NCBI GenBank assembly: GCA_964016885.1
Contig: OZ024740.1
Location: forward strand, 124,372,001 to 124,436,000
Length of the DNA stretch: 64,000 nt
Source: Eledone cirrhosa
Taxonomy: Eukaryota
Direction of reading: 5' to 3'
A model generated the notes under the pieces. It had not been told where the DNA came from. It saw only the letters and a list, made by a program, of their open reading frames with translations, and searched no databases. Shown piece by piece: positions 13,116 through 25,666 of this stretch. The translations under genes and the position numbers were made by a program. The stretch's first letter is position 1, and each line of letters opens with the position of its first letter.

Positions 13116-14589
13116 AGTCAAATAAGCCTTAAAATTATTATGGACATTGTATTGTTCTGCTTCTAATTAAATTATGAAAGGATAAAAAATACCCAATATT
13201 AAAACAATTAAAAGAAGTACAACAAAAAACCAAAGATGACCCCTGAAGACAGAAAGAATTATGATGTAGTTGTTAACATTTCTCACTCCAACACAGCTAT
13301 TTTGCTCTCTGTTCTTCCCTTACAGTAAACCTTTTCAACCAAATGTCAGCATTTATCCAATCACAAAGATGTTATTTTATTGAATAGCTGCAAATACATC
13401 ACAATAATACCTCATGGCATGATTCTTTATTATTAAACATTTTAGAACCAAATTGTTTCTCAGAATAATTTCCGGTTCGAAAATGTTTTCTGCAGAATTT
13501 ATCTACAATACTGATAGATCTTATCAAGTTAGGTTATAATTGTTTCTTCAAAAGACATCAAATATAATTCTCTTGTGCCTAAAAGTCACTTTATGAGAGG
13601 AAGCAAATTTATTAGGAAACATTTTGATTTTTTCTTTTTCTTGCTAAAATTTCTTCTTTTCAGCAAATTACAAAAACATATAAATGTACACATTTACACA
13701 CATCGACTACTAGAAACAAACAGTTACACAATTGCATACATGCACAAACACACGCACACATAATTACATGCCTATATACACACATATATAGCTATATAAA
13801 CATAAATTCGCACAAATGTGCAAACACGTAGATGAACTCTTGGACATATCACTTATGCATATATATGTGTGTGACTATATAAGCAAACACACATGCATTC
13901 ATCTGCACACATACACACGTAAATTCCTTTCATACAAATACAGAAATGCTCAAACACAAACGTTACAAAATACAGGATAACTATTTCTGTATATTTCATT
14001 GTTTTTCACTACTTCTCTCTTTACAATACATATAGATATACACATAGAACTACATATATTAATGCATATATACACCCAATCTTCCTCTACACACTGTGTT
14101 ACACAATCAGGCAAATAACATACATTCAAGTATAAATGTTTTTATTTACTAAGATATTTTAAGAAATCTATTATCAGCTTGTATATTGAAATCGTATAAG
14201 AATATAATAAATCCAAGAAAAATGATGCCATATAATGGAAGATATATTTTGAATACACTACAAGAAAATAAAGGCACAATAGCTGAGATATTTAATCATT
14301 CTAATCATTGAAGATCGCTCATATTTCTGATTATTTAGCTGAGTCAATGAGAGTGTGAAGTCTCATAGCATTTGCTCTGCTAGCTTGACATAGTAGCCAA
14401 ACCTGTCTCAAATAACACCATCATCTTTATGATTTTATGCCTGTTTTCCATGCTGGTATGATTTTGATGGACCATCACAATCTAAGACTAGTTGGGTTGA
14501 AAAACCCTATCTTGCTTATTTATTCAATACCTTTCATCATCATGATCATCATCATAATCATCATCGTTTAACGTCTATCTTCCATGCTA

Positions 14590-14881
14590 GCATGGGATTA
14601 GACAGGACTTGTCCTACTTGAGGCAAGATTGGTTGGGTGACCATGACTCGCTCGTATAGGGCTGTATGGCAAGTTGTCTACAGCTGGATGCCCTTCCTAA
14701 CACCAAGCACGTTTACAGTGTGGAACTGGGAGGTTTTTACCATGTTACTTTACACTGCCACATTACAGCGTGGAATGTGTGTTTTTTTGGTTGTGACACC
14801 TACACGACTTCATTTATTTTGGACTGGATGTTGTGATACCAACATAACTTTACAGAGTAAGGGTGTTGTTGGTGGGAGTGT

Positions 14882-14912
<31 letters not shown>

Positions 14913-16535
14913 GTAGTAGGATGGGTATATATTTGGTTAAGAGGTACCTACTGAGTGTAGGTTTCGCTTTGTACATACGCAAGGCGGGTCTTCTGTATTA
15001 CTGTGTAGAGCCAAAGCTCTCGGTCCAGTGACATTGTCTTAGAGAGGTGTAAGTGTGTGAGGTCGGAATTTATCAAATCGTCCCAGGTTTTTCTGGGTCT
15101 ACCTACTCTGTAACTTCTATCAATTTTGACCGCCCTGCACTTTTTATACAACTGTCGTCTTTCATGTGCATCACATGACCATACCAACATAGTCTTCTCT
15201 CAAGTAAACAGCATCTGATTCCTCTTATTCCTAATTTCTCACGTAGTCCATTTATGCTTTGCCGTTCACTTATATTACTATTACACATCCAACGGAGCAT
15301 GGATGCTTCGTTCCTCTCCAGTCTGCGCAGATCCTCTGCACACAAAGCCCATGTCTCACTGCCATGTAACATTGATGTTCATATTCAGGCATCATACAAT
15401 CTGCCTTTCATTTATAGAGACAGCGGTATAAACTCTCTGAACTTTTTTCATCCTGTTCTAACTCTAGCTACTGTACTTTCAGAGCACCCTCCACCACTGC
15501 TGATTTTGTCGCCCAGGTAATGGAAGGTATCCACTATTTCTATAGAACCATCTGGGTAATAGAAGGAGCTAGTATCCTGTGGGCACTTGCTACTTATTGC
15601 ACCTGAGCATCGGCCACATATAAAATCTACTTTCTTAGATAGCATACCTGTGATCCCACTACATCTTTTATGTACCCATAGTTTGCATTTGTGACATAAT
15701 ATGGAATTTCTGCCTACTCCTTTCCTACACACTGAGCATGGCCATTTGCCATAGGGTACCAGTACCCTATTTTCCTTTCTTCATACTAGAACTTTCGTCT
15801 CAGACAAGTTAACTTTAAGGCCTTTCAATTCTAGGCCATGCTTCCATGTTTGGAATTTCAGCCATAGATTCGCTTTGAGAGTTAGATCATCTGTGTATAG
15901 AAGTTTCCATGCTTCCCTTCTTGCAAAGTACACTTGTCTCCTAGCTTCTCTCCTGGCCACTTGATACTGTTCTCTACTTCCCCCATTCCGCCATACTTTC
16001 CAAGCCTGCTTTTTGGCTTTGATTGACCATGGAAGCACATGGATTAATGGTTAGGGCATTGGCCTTGCAATCGAAAGGTTGTGAGTTCAATTCTCAGACC
16101 GGGTGATGTGTTGTTTCCTTGAGCAAGACACTTTATTTCACATTGCTCCAGTTTACTCAGCTGTAGAAATGAGATGATAGGGACTGGGGTCCATATCATT
16201 CCACTGCAAAGTGGTCGTGGAGGTGCCACGGCAAAAAAGCACCCAGCACTCACTGTAAATGAGGTTGGTGTTAGGAAGGGCATCCAGCTGTAGAAATCAA
16301 GCCAGAATCAGTTCCCGTCCCACCCTTGCTAGCAGGGAAAAACGGACGTAAAATGAAATGATGAAATGATGATGACTCCTCTACCTTACTATTCAACCAC
16401 CAAGTTACTCTCCTCCTGCCTATAGGTCTGCTCCATCCACAGATTTCATCTGTTGCCTTCAGCAGGTTAACTTTCAGGAATTTCCACTGTTCCTCTATAT
16501 TGTACGTCTCTAATTGCTCTTCCTTACTGTCAAAA
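14590..16535 (-). mobile_element. RTE-A LINE, 3' part (internally deleted; interrupted by a SINE and by RTE-B)
   Basis: Homologous to 42402-45540 and includes the PHD (ORF 15448..15732). A deletion junction near 15905 joins RREA to WKLLY. Confidence 0.9.
16031..16376 (+). mobile_element. CORE-type SINE family 2 inserted in RTE-A
   Basis: Reverse-orientation, near-identical match to 3417-3750, with an (ATG)n tail. Confidence 0.88.
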
Positions 16536-16545
16536 TCACCAAGTA

Positions 16546-19500
16546 ATCATCATCATCATCATCACCGTTTTACATCCGTTCTTCCATGCTACAACATTGT
16601 CCTGTTGTAGGCAGTGTCTGGTCGGCTGACCATGCCTTGCTCATACAGGAACTGATTTTGGCTTGATTTCTACAGCTGTATGCCCTTCCTAACACCAACC
16701 TCATTTACAGTGAGTGCTGGCTGCTTTTTCCGTGGCACCTACACGTCCACTTTACAGTGTGGGCTTGGTGCTTTTTAGCCGTGGCACCTCCATGACCACC
16801 TTGCAGTGGGAGGTTGTGGAGGCATATTGTCTATATGCTTCAGCTTGTACCCATGGGAGGTCGGGTACTCTGTATTACTGCGTGACGCCAGAGGTCACGG
16901 TCATGTGTCATCGCCTTTGAGAGGTGTAATTGGGTAAGGTCGGCTTTTATCACCTCATCCCAGGTCTTCTTGGGTCTCCCCACTCCGCGGTTTCCATTGA
17001 CTTCTAGTGCTCTGCACCTTTTTATGCAGCTGTCATCCTTCATTCACATCACATGTCCATACCAATGCAACCACCTCTCCTGCACACTGCATTTGATTCC
17101 TCTTATGCTCAGTGTCTCTCTCAATTCATTTATGATTTGTCGTTCACGTATATTACTATTACCCATCCATCGGAGCATGCAGTCTTCGTTTCTTTCTAAT
17201 CTAGCTAAGTCCCAGTTCAGCGCCCAGGTCTCACTACCATGTAACATTGCTGTTCGGATACATGCATCAAACAGTCTGCCTTTCATTTTGAGGGAGAAGC
17301 CTTTTGCAGCTAGCAGTGGCAGTAGTTCCCTGAACTTCTTCCACTCCGTTCTTACCCTAGTTATTGTACTTTCTGAACACCCACCTCCGCTGCTAATTCG
17401 GTCACCTAGGTAGCAGAAGCTGTCTACTGTTTCTACAGAGCCCTCCCAGAGATTGGTGGTACTTGTTTCCTGTGGCTGTTTGCTGCTTGCTGTCCTAGCA
17501 CAGCTGCTGCATGTGAAGCCTACATTCTTAATTAAGCTTCCTGATATCCCGCTACAACTCTTGTGTACCCATTGTTTGCATTTGGGGCAGAGAATGGAGT
17601 TCCTACCTACACCTTTCCTACATACTGAGCAAGGCCATTTCCCTGAGGTGATCTGGGTTCTGTTTTCTCGACTACTTACAAGGACCTTAGTCTTTGTCAT
17701 GTTGACTTTGAGACCCTTTCTTTCTAGTCCCTGCTTCCAAGTTTGGAATTTCTTCTCTAGTTCTACCATAGATTCAGCTATAAGTGCGAGGTCATCAGCA
17801 TACAGGAGTTTCCATGGGCATCCGGTTTTAAACTCCTCCGTTATTGCCTGCAGGACTATGATGAACAGGAGAGGGCTAAGAACAGAACCTTGGTGGACAC
17901 CAACCTGTACGCTAAATTCCTCGCTATAGTCATTGTTAATCCTAACTTTGCTGACTGCTCCCCTATACATGGCTTGTACAGCTTTCACAAGACATTCATC
18001 TACTCCTAGTTGTCTAATGCCAGGTAGAGTTGCTTACTTTTAGCTAGGTACTTTTCCTGTAACTGCCTCACAAGGAAGAGGGCATCAGTGGTGCCTCTTC
18101 CTGGTACAAACCCAAATTGCATCTCATCTAGTTTCACCTGGTCCCTAATCAACTATGCTATAACACTTTCTGTTACTTTCATGACCTGGTCCATCAGCTT
18201 CATACCTCTATAGTTTCCTTTATCTAGTGCATTACCTTTACCTTTGTAGCAGTTGACAATGATGCTACTGCACCAATCTTTTGGTATGACACCGTCTAGT
18301 ATTACCTGGTTAACAATACGTGTGGTTATAGTGTGACCTACAGACGGCAGCTATACCTGATGACCGGTTGCCTTCCCCATCTTCATATCTTTGATTGCCT
18401 TACTTACTACGCTGCTGCTGACTTGTACTGCTGACCCCTCTATAGGGTCTACTTGGGGTAGGGTCTCTTCTTCCCATGCATTCTCCTCATTTAGTAATCT
18501 ATCATAATGACTCTTCCATGCATCTTTCTTCTCAGCACTTGTTAGGGCAAGCTCACCTTTATCATTGCAGATACACTTCTCTCCAATGATATCACAATTC
18601 TCTCTGACACACTGCCTCACAATCTTTAACACCTCCTGTTTCTGGTCCTCACATTGCAAAACATGCTTGAATTTTCTATCCTCTGCTTCCCTCCTAGCTA
18701 AGTATACTTGTCGCCTAGCTTCCCTCTTGGTCTCTATGTAATGTACTCTGCTCCCCCGTTCTTCCATTCTTTCCATGCCTGTCTCTTGGCCTTAACTGCC
18801 TCATCTACCTTATTGTTCCACCACCAAGTCACTCTCCTCCTGCTTGTGGTCTTACTCCAACCACAGATCTCATCCGGCGCCTCTAGTAAGTTATTTTTTA
18901 GGAACTCCCATTGCTCTTCTACATTGAATGTCTTTATCTGTTCTTCTTTACTGTCATAGGCGTTGAGTAAAATATCTTTAAATCTGTTACTGGCTGAGGG
19001 GTCTTTCAGCTTCCAGATCTTTCTCCTCCAGGTTGGCCTGTTCCTAGGTTCGTCTAGTTCTGACCGTGAGAAGCTATGTTGGGAGGTACATTCCTCACTA
19101 TGGTAGGCTTTTGTGTTTATGACTGTCCATCTGTCACATCCTCTGGTGAGGATAAAATGTATCTGACTAGAATGCTCCCCTGATCTATAGGTAATCAGGT
19201 GGTTGTCGGGTTATTTGAAGTTTGTGTTACATATCGACATGTCATTGGCGTCGCAGAATTCTAGAAGTTTGAATCCTTCTTCATTTCTTGTACCAACCCC
19301 GTGGCCTCCGTGGCCTCTATTGAAGCCGTCACAGTGTTTACCTACGTGTCCGTTAAAATCTCCTGCGATGATTAGGAAGTCATTGTCGTTTGTTAGAGCC
19401 GTAGTGTGCTTTAGGGACTCGTAAAACCTCTCCTTAAGTTCGGCTGGCAACCCCGATTGGGGGTGCGTAAGCTGATAATATTGTGGTAATTGTTTTATTC

Positions 19501-20832
19501 AGGACTAGTCTGAGTTTAATGATTCTTGCATTTACCCTGTACACTGAGATTACTTTATCTACCCACTTGTCGGCTAGTAGTATACCTACACCACCCATGC
19601 CATCGTCATTTCCCACCCAGAAAAATGTGTAGCACTGACTTTTTCCTACAAGGCCTCTAGCAGACTCTCCTCTCCATCTAGTCTCTTGCACACAGCATAC
19701 ATCAATTTCCTTTCGCTCTAGCATTTCTACGATTTCTCCTGATCTTCCTTTCATTGTGTTTACATTGATGGTACCAACTCGGAGTTTTGGGCATTTGTGA
19801 CATTCGTAGGGTAGGGTCGATTTTTGCAGGTGTGTGATTGTGTGTTTCCTGTCACTGGATTGGGGCTTCACATGGGTGCTTGGTAGCTCGCGAATTCATA
19901 TTCATTTCATCTATTAATTCAGAGTTGCTCCAATTTATTTTCAGCTCATCCATACATAACGGTAGAAAAATTCAGGGCTAGAACAGTGGTGGTGGTAATA
20001 ATGGCAGGGTGTGTTGGGCTGGGACGGGGGAGGAGAGAGTTAGGTAGTAGTAGTAGAATTGGCATGCTGAGATTTGATTGGTCGAATAGGCTATGGTGGT
20101 GTGGAGGGAGGGAGGGAAATTGTGAGGTAGGTAGCCAGTCATGGCCATTGATGGCAAAATAGAAAGATAGAGAGGCAGCATGGTAGAGAAAATGAGGGTA
20201 ACAAAATAAATGTGTTGTGGAAGCTAGCGAAATGATAAATACAGCAATAGTTGCGCGCAGAACATTTGCAATTGGGGAAATATGGATACCTGAAGAGATT
20301 TACATGGATGGATGGCTGGAACGTGGCTAAGCAGCTCTAGTGATTCATTTTAGCCTTTCAGAGTAGAGTGTGCCTTATCTCTTCAATAACTTCAAGATGA
20401 GTGAGGAAGGAATGGGTGAAGAGGGAAAGGGAGGTAATAGGTGGCTTAGAGATAGATAGAGAGAGGGTAGCCATCATAGAGAGAGAGAGGGGGAGGGGGT
20501 AGCCATCATAGGGAGAGGCTCACCATCATTTTAAAATAACCGATAGAAGTGAATACAGCATGGCAAAATAACCGATAGAAATGAATACAGCAACAATAAT
20601 AATAGCCAGTCATGGCCTGTAGCCTTTGATGGCAAAATAGAGAGATAGAGAGGCAGCATGGTAGAGAAAATGAGGGTAACAAAATAAATGTGTTGTGGAA
20701 GCTAGCGAAGTGATAAATACAGCAATAGCTGTGAACAGAACATTTGCAATTGGAGAAATAGGGATATCTGAAGAGATTTGTATGGATGGATGGCTGGAAC
20801 GTGGCTAAGCAGCTCTAGTGATTCATTTTAGC
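16546..20832 (-). mobile_element. RTE-B LINE, near full length (5'UTR, APE endonuclease, RT with PHD, 3'UTR, (ATG)n tail); ORF disrupted
   Basis: APE motifs VGTINV..CVQETRW..AYAP (19434..19871) and GDFNGHVG (19211..19450). RT motifs QGSVLSP..YADD (17044..17988). Confidence 0.95.
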
Positions 20833-21340
20833 ATAATATGCTTTTAAATTTGTTACTGGCTGTGGGGTCCTTTAACTTCCATATTCTTCTCCTCCTCTGT
20901 TGTCAAGTACGTCTAGTCCTGACTATGAGGTCGCTAACTATGAGGCTATGTTGGGAGGTGCATTCTTCACGGGGAGGGAATTAGTGTTTACGACAGACAC
21001 TCTATCACGTCTTCTGGTAAATATATAATCTATCTGACTGGCATGTTCCCCTGATCTATAGGTGATCAAGTGATTGTCTCATTTTTTGAAGTTTGTGTTA
21101 CTGATAGTTAGGTTATTAGCATCACAGAATTCCAGGATTCTGAAGCCTTCCTAATTTCTAGTACCAAGCCCATAGCCTCCATGGATTCCGTCATAGCTGT
21201 CAAAATGTTGTCCAACATGACCATTTAGGTTGCCAGCAATAATTATGTAGTCACTGTTGGTTATTTGGGAGGTAGTGAGCATTAGCGACTCATAGAATCT
21301 GTCTTTTAAAACGCCAGGTAGTCCAGATTGGGGTGCATCC
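20833..21340 (-). mobile_element. RTE-A continuation (endonuclease region) on the far side of the nested RTE-B
   Basis: Resumes the sequence broken at ~16535 (compare 45085-45540). Confidence 0.85.
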
Positions 21341-21371
21341 TAATGCCAATATGACATTATATATATATATA

Positions 21372-22181
21372 TATCATCATCATCATCACCGTTTTACGTC
21401 CGTTCTTCCACGCTAGCATGGGTTAGACGGGTTGTCCTGTTGTGGGCAGTGTCTAGTCAGCTGACCATGCCTTGCTCATACAGGAACTGATTTGGCTTGA
21501 TTTCTACAGCTGGATGCCCTTCCTAACACCAACCTCATTTACAGTGAGTGCTGGCTGCTTTTTCGTGGTGCCTACACGTCCACTTTACAGTGTGGGCTGG
21601 GTGCTTTTTTGCCATGGCACCTCCACGACCACCTTGCGGTGGGGGGTGTGGGGGCATATTGTCTATATGCTTCAGCTTGTACCCATGGGAGGTCGGGTAC
21701 TCTGAATTACTGCGTGACGCCAGAAGTCATGGTCGTGTGTCATTGTCTTTGAGAGGTGTAATTGGGTAAGGTCGGCTTTTATCACCTCATCCCAGGTCAT
21801 CTTGGGTCTCCCCACTCCGCGGTTTCCATCAACTTCTAGTGCTCTGCACCTTTTTATGCAGCTGTCATCCTTCATACGCATCACATGTCCATACCAGTGC
21901 AACCACCTCTCCTGCACACAGCATTTGATTCCTCTTATGCTCAGTCTCTCTCTCAATTCATTTATGCTTTGTCGTTCACGTATATTATTGTTACACATCC
22001 ATCGGAGCATGCAGGCTTCGTTTCTCTCTAATCTACGTAAGTCTTCCACCTTCAGCGCCCAGGTCTCGCTACCATGCAACATCACTGTTCGGATACACGC
22101 ATCATACAGTCTACCTTTCATTCTGAGGGAGAAGCCTTTTGCAGCTAGCAGTGATAGTAGTTCCCTAAACTTCTTCCATCC
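21372..22181 (-). mobile_element. RTE-B, 5'-truncated
   Basis: ORF 21672..22259 (GWKKFRELL..HGSETW..WYGHV). Both ends lie in (TA)n. Confidence 0.92.
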
Positions 22182-22804
22182 ATATATATGTATATATATA
22201 TATAATTTTATCATGGGACCAGTACTATATTCTACCATTTTAAATATAGAAGGAAGCATTAAACACTTATATAGAAAAAGTTGAGATGGTCACGGATGGA
22301 ATGTATTTGATTGCAGATGTTATTGATCTGAGTCCATATGGGGGTAAACAACTTATTTTAGTTTATTTGATTGCAATAAAGCTCATACTTTATCATTAGA
22401 TGTTCAAGACAACAAGCTTCATATTTTTCCTTCCCTAAAGAAAGACTCTTTTTTACCATATTACGATGGTTGAGAAAATTTAAAACAGTCAAAATCAAAT
22501 ATCATTATTCAATTTAGAATGGCAAAATAAGCATAATATCAATAATTTCAAGATATCTGGTTAGTATAGATCTTTCAAAATATTTACATACATGTATAGT
22601 CCTGTAACTCCTGCAGAAGTTGTAGAGGCACAGCATTGACATATAATGTTTCTAGATCATTTTAAAACCCTGTGGAGCCCATAGCCTCTCCAAGTTGGAA
22701 TACAGCAGGTTTTTTCCAGAGAAGGATAGAGAGTGAGAGAAAGGAAAAGAGAAAGAATTATAGAGGAAGAATTGACCCTAGTATTAGACTGGTATTATTT
22801 TATC

Positions 22805-22990
22805 GGCGGTGTATTGGCAGTATCGGTAGAGGGTCGGACGCCATGCTTTCCAGCATAGTTACGTCCCTTTACGATCTGAGTTCAAATCCCGCCGAGGTTG
22901 ACTTTGCCTTTCATCCTTACGGGGTCGATAAAATAAAGTACCAGTAATGCACTGGGTAATTGCTGGCCTTGTGCCTAAAGTAGAAACAAT
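22805..22990 (+). mobile_element. SINE family 1, young copy nested in an older antisense SINE (22640-23130)
   Basis: B-box GAGTTCAAATCC. The sequence attattttatcg is duplicated on both flanks. Confidence 0.9.
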
Positions 22991-23629
22991 TATTTTATCG
23001 ACCTTGGATAGATGGAAAGCAAAGTTGCCCTTGGTGGAATTTGAACTCAGACAGCAGAGAGCCGAAACAAACACTGCAAAGCATTCTATTCAATGTTCTA
23101 AAGAGTCTGTTAATTTACTGCTTACAGGATAGATATATAAATAACTTGATTGGAGAGCCAACAATAAAATCTCTGGTATTGTCAGACCTGCTAAAATTAA
23201 CAGCTAAATATCCCTTTATATCATCATACCATCTCAAAAATGTTTAATATAAAGTATATGTTAATGGTTCAAACCCAGTGAGTTTTTTTCTATATTGTAA
23301 ATATATAAAGGATTTTTCTTTCTTTTATCATTTGTAGATGCAGTATTTATTTGTATATATCACAAAAGCACAACTCTTTGAAAATCACACTTATATTATT
23401 ATGAGTAAAACAGAATTTACTATTGAGTTAAGCCATTTTACCCCATTTGACTTAACTGATTTCACACGCAAGAGAAATGAGGTATGGTAGGGTGAATTGG
23501 CTTGACATTCAAAAAATGGTGTTGTGGTTGAGTTTAGGAAATCAACAAAGTATTCTCTACATTTTGCAAAAATGCATATACATATATTTTGCAAAGATGC
23601 ATATATATTTATATATATATACATATATA

Positions 23630-24390
23630 GTTAGGGATTGTAACATCCAGTTACTGTAGATTCACTAGGGTGAGTACTCAATGCGTAGTTTCCAGTAGGT
23701 ATAATGGTGTTGTACTAAGCAGAGTGTAATACTGATGAAAGAAATCGACAAATGTTAGATCTTCATTACATTTTTATAGGTGTAATGCACATTTCACGAT
23801 CGATCAGCTCAAGATTTGATCTGTATCGATCTGGCCCGACTCTGGAATCAATCGAGAGTAGGCACCACTGACCATGGTTAGCCACGCACATCAAAAACTT
23901 TTATTTCCTTGCATTCAAGATCTCCTCCTCCTCATTACTCTACTTCCCCCTCTCGTTCATTCCTTCTATTACCTTTATCTCCTCACCCACCCTTGGGTGT
24001 GTATATACTTATAAGGTCAATTAGATGGAAATCTGCCACGCTGTTTTGAAAATTCGCCAGTAACATTGTAATATATTCATTTGTATTTGAATTCGATTTT
24101 TCACAATTGATAATTGAGAATAGTGATTTCATGACCACAACAAAGTGATGAAACATATGTCAATGCTAGAAATAAATCCTACTGTACTGCTTATCACTGT
24201 TAATCCTCTTTTTAATAATTGTAATTACTCCAAGGATTACTGATCATGGAACTATCAACAAACAATCCTACGATCAACCTACTGAAGTAAACATCTGGTT
24301 GAGTCAGCCACTACTGTATGCTGAAATATCCTTCGCTATTGGCTACCTTAGTCATGAACTAGGGAAACTGAAAACAATATCTGGTATACC
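23630..24390 (+). mobile_element. Probable PLE pLTR remnant in (TA)n
   Basis: GAAACATATGTC (palindromic stem III plus GUC) at 24150-24161, then AATAAA. The 5' hammerhead core is decayed. TA runs on both sides. Confidence 0.4.
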
Positions 24391-24409
24391 TATATATATA
24401 TATGCCGTG

Positions 24410-24610
24410 TAGGCGCCATGGTAAAAAAGTACTCAGTACTCACTGTAAATGAGGTTGGTATTACAAAGGGCATCCAGCTGTAGAAATCAATCCCAAATCA
24501 GTTCCCATATGAGCAAGACATGGTCACATGACCTGTCATTGCCCACAACAGCACAGCCCATCAAACTCGTGTTAACATGGAAAAATGGACGTAAAATGGT
24601 GATGATGATG
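24410..24610 (+). mobile_element. RTE 3'UTR fragment
   Basis: actcactgtaaatgaggttgg..gggcatccagctgtagaaatc..ggacgtaaaa followed by (tga)n. Confidence 0.8.
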
Positions 24611-24634
24611 TGGATATATATACATATATTTATA

Positions 24635-25263
24635 GCGGCGATGAATTAGTTTTGCGAGGTTTTTTATATGAAATCGTGTGTCGAAACAGATATTGTTATA
24701 TTTGGGGAGGGTCATATTTGCGTAATATTGCCAGAATTAATAACAGAACACACTCACTGTTTGGTTGGTTTTCGCTTCTCGCTGTCTTTTATATATATAT
24801 ATCTGCGATCTAACTTACTCGGTCCTCAATGTTGCCATTGACTGACCGGCGGTCAAAAATAAAATAATACAGATACAATATAGACAAACACATATATATA
24901 TAGTTTACATAAATCTTTCGTTGCACATCTGCAACATCGTCAGTATAGACGGACTGAACAAAAAAAATGGCGTAGACATACAACACAACAGGAGGAACAA
25001 TGAATATAACACCACTGACGATGTTGCAGATGTGCAACGAAAGATTTATGTAAACTATATATATATGTGTTTGTCTATATTGTATCTGTATTATTTTATT
25101 TTTGACCGCCGGTCAGTCAATGGCAACATTGAGGACCGAGTAAGTTAGATCGCAGATATATATATATAAAAGACAGCGAGAAGCGAAAACCAACCAAACA
25201 GTGAGTGTGTTCTGTTATTAATTCTGGCAATATTACGCAAATATGACCCTCCCCAAATATAAC
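24635..25263. mobile_element. Fold-back PLE-derived element with 250-bp inverted arms (24695-24944 / 25014-25263) and a hammerhead motif in each arm
   Basis: Arms look identical by eye. CTGACGA-T-GTTGCA-gatg-TGCAAC-GAAA-GATTTA at 25015-25048. The loop reads IDGLNKKNG. Confidence 0.8.
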
Positions 25264-25330
25264 CATATATTTATATATATTTATATATATAACAAAAAGT
25301 TATCGCTCTACATGACTGAAGACAATAAAT

Positions 25331-25586
25331 ATAATGTGAGTTTTTCGAATATTAATAATAATAACTGACTTGTTTGCAATTATGCAAACAACCTCTTTTA
25401 AGCCATGTCAGTAGAATGAGCTCCTCATTCTTGCTCTTGTGTTGGCATGTAAACAGAAATGCAGTTATGTTTACATGCCAACACAAGAACAAGAATGAGG
25501 GGCTCATTCTACTGACATGGCTTAAAGAGGCTGTTTGCATAATTGCAAATGAGTCTAATATTATTATTAATATTCGAAAAACTCAG

Positions 25587-25592
<6 letters not shown>
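25331..25592. repeat. Palindrome with ~125-bp arms and a 12-nt loop
   Basis: gttggcatgtaaaca / tgtttacatgccaac at the centre, pairing outwards to tgagtttttcgaat / attcgaaaaactca. Confidence 0.9.
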
Positions 25593-25666
<74 letters not shown>

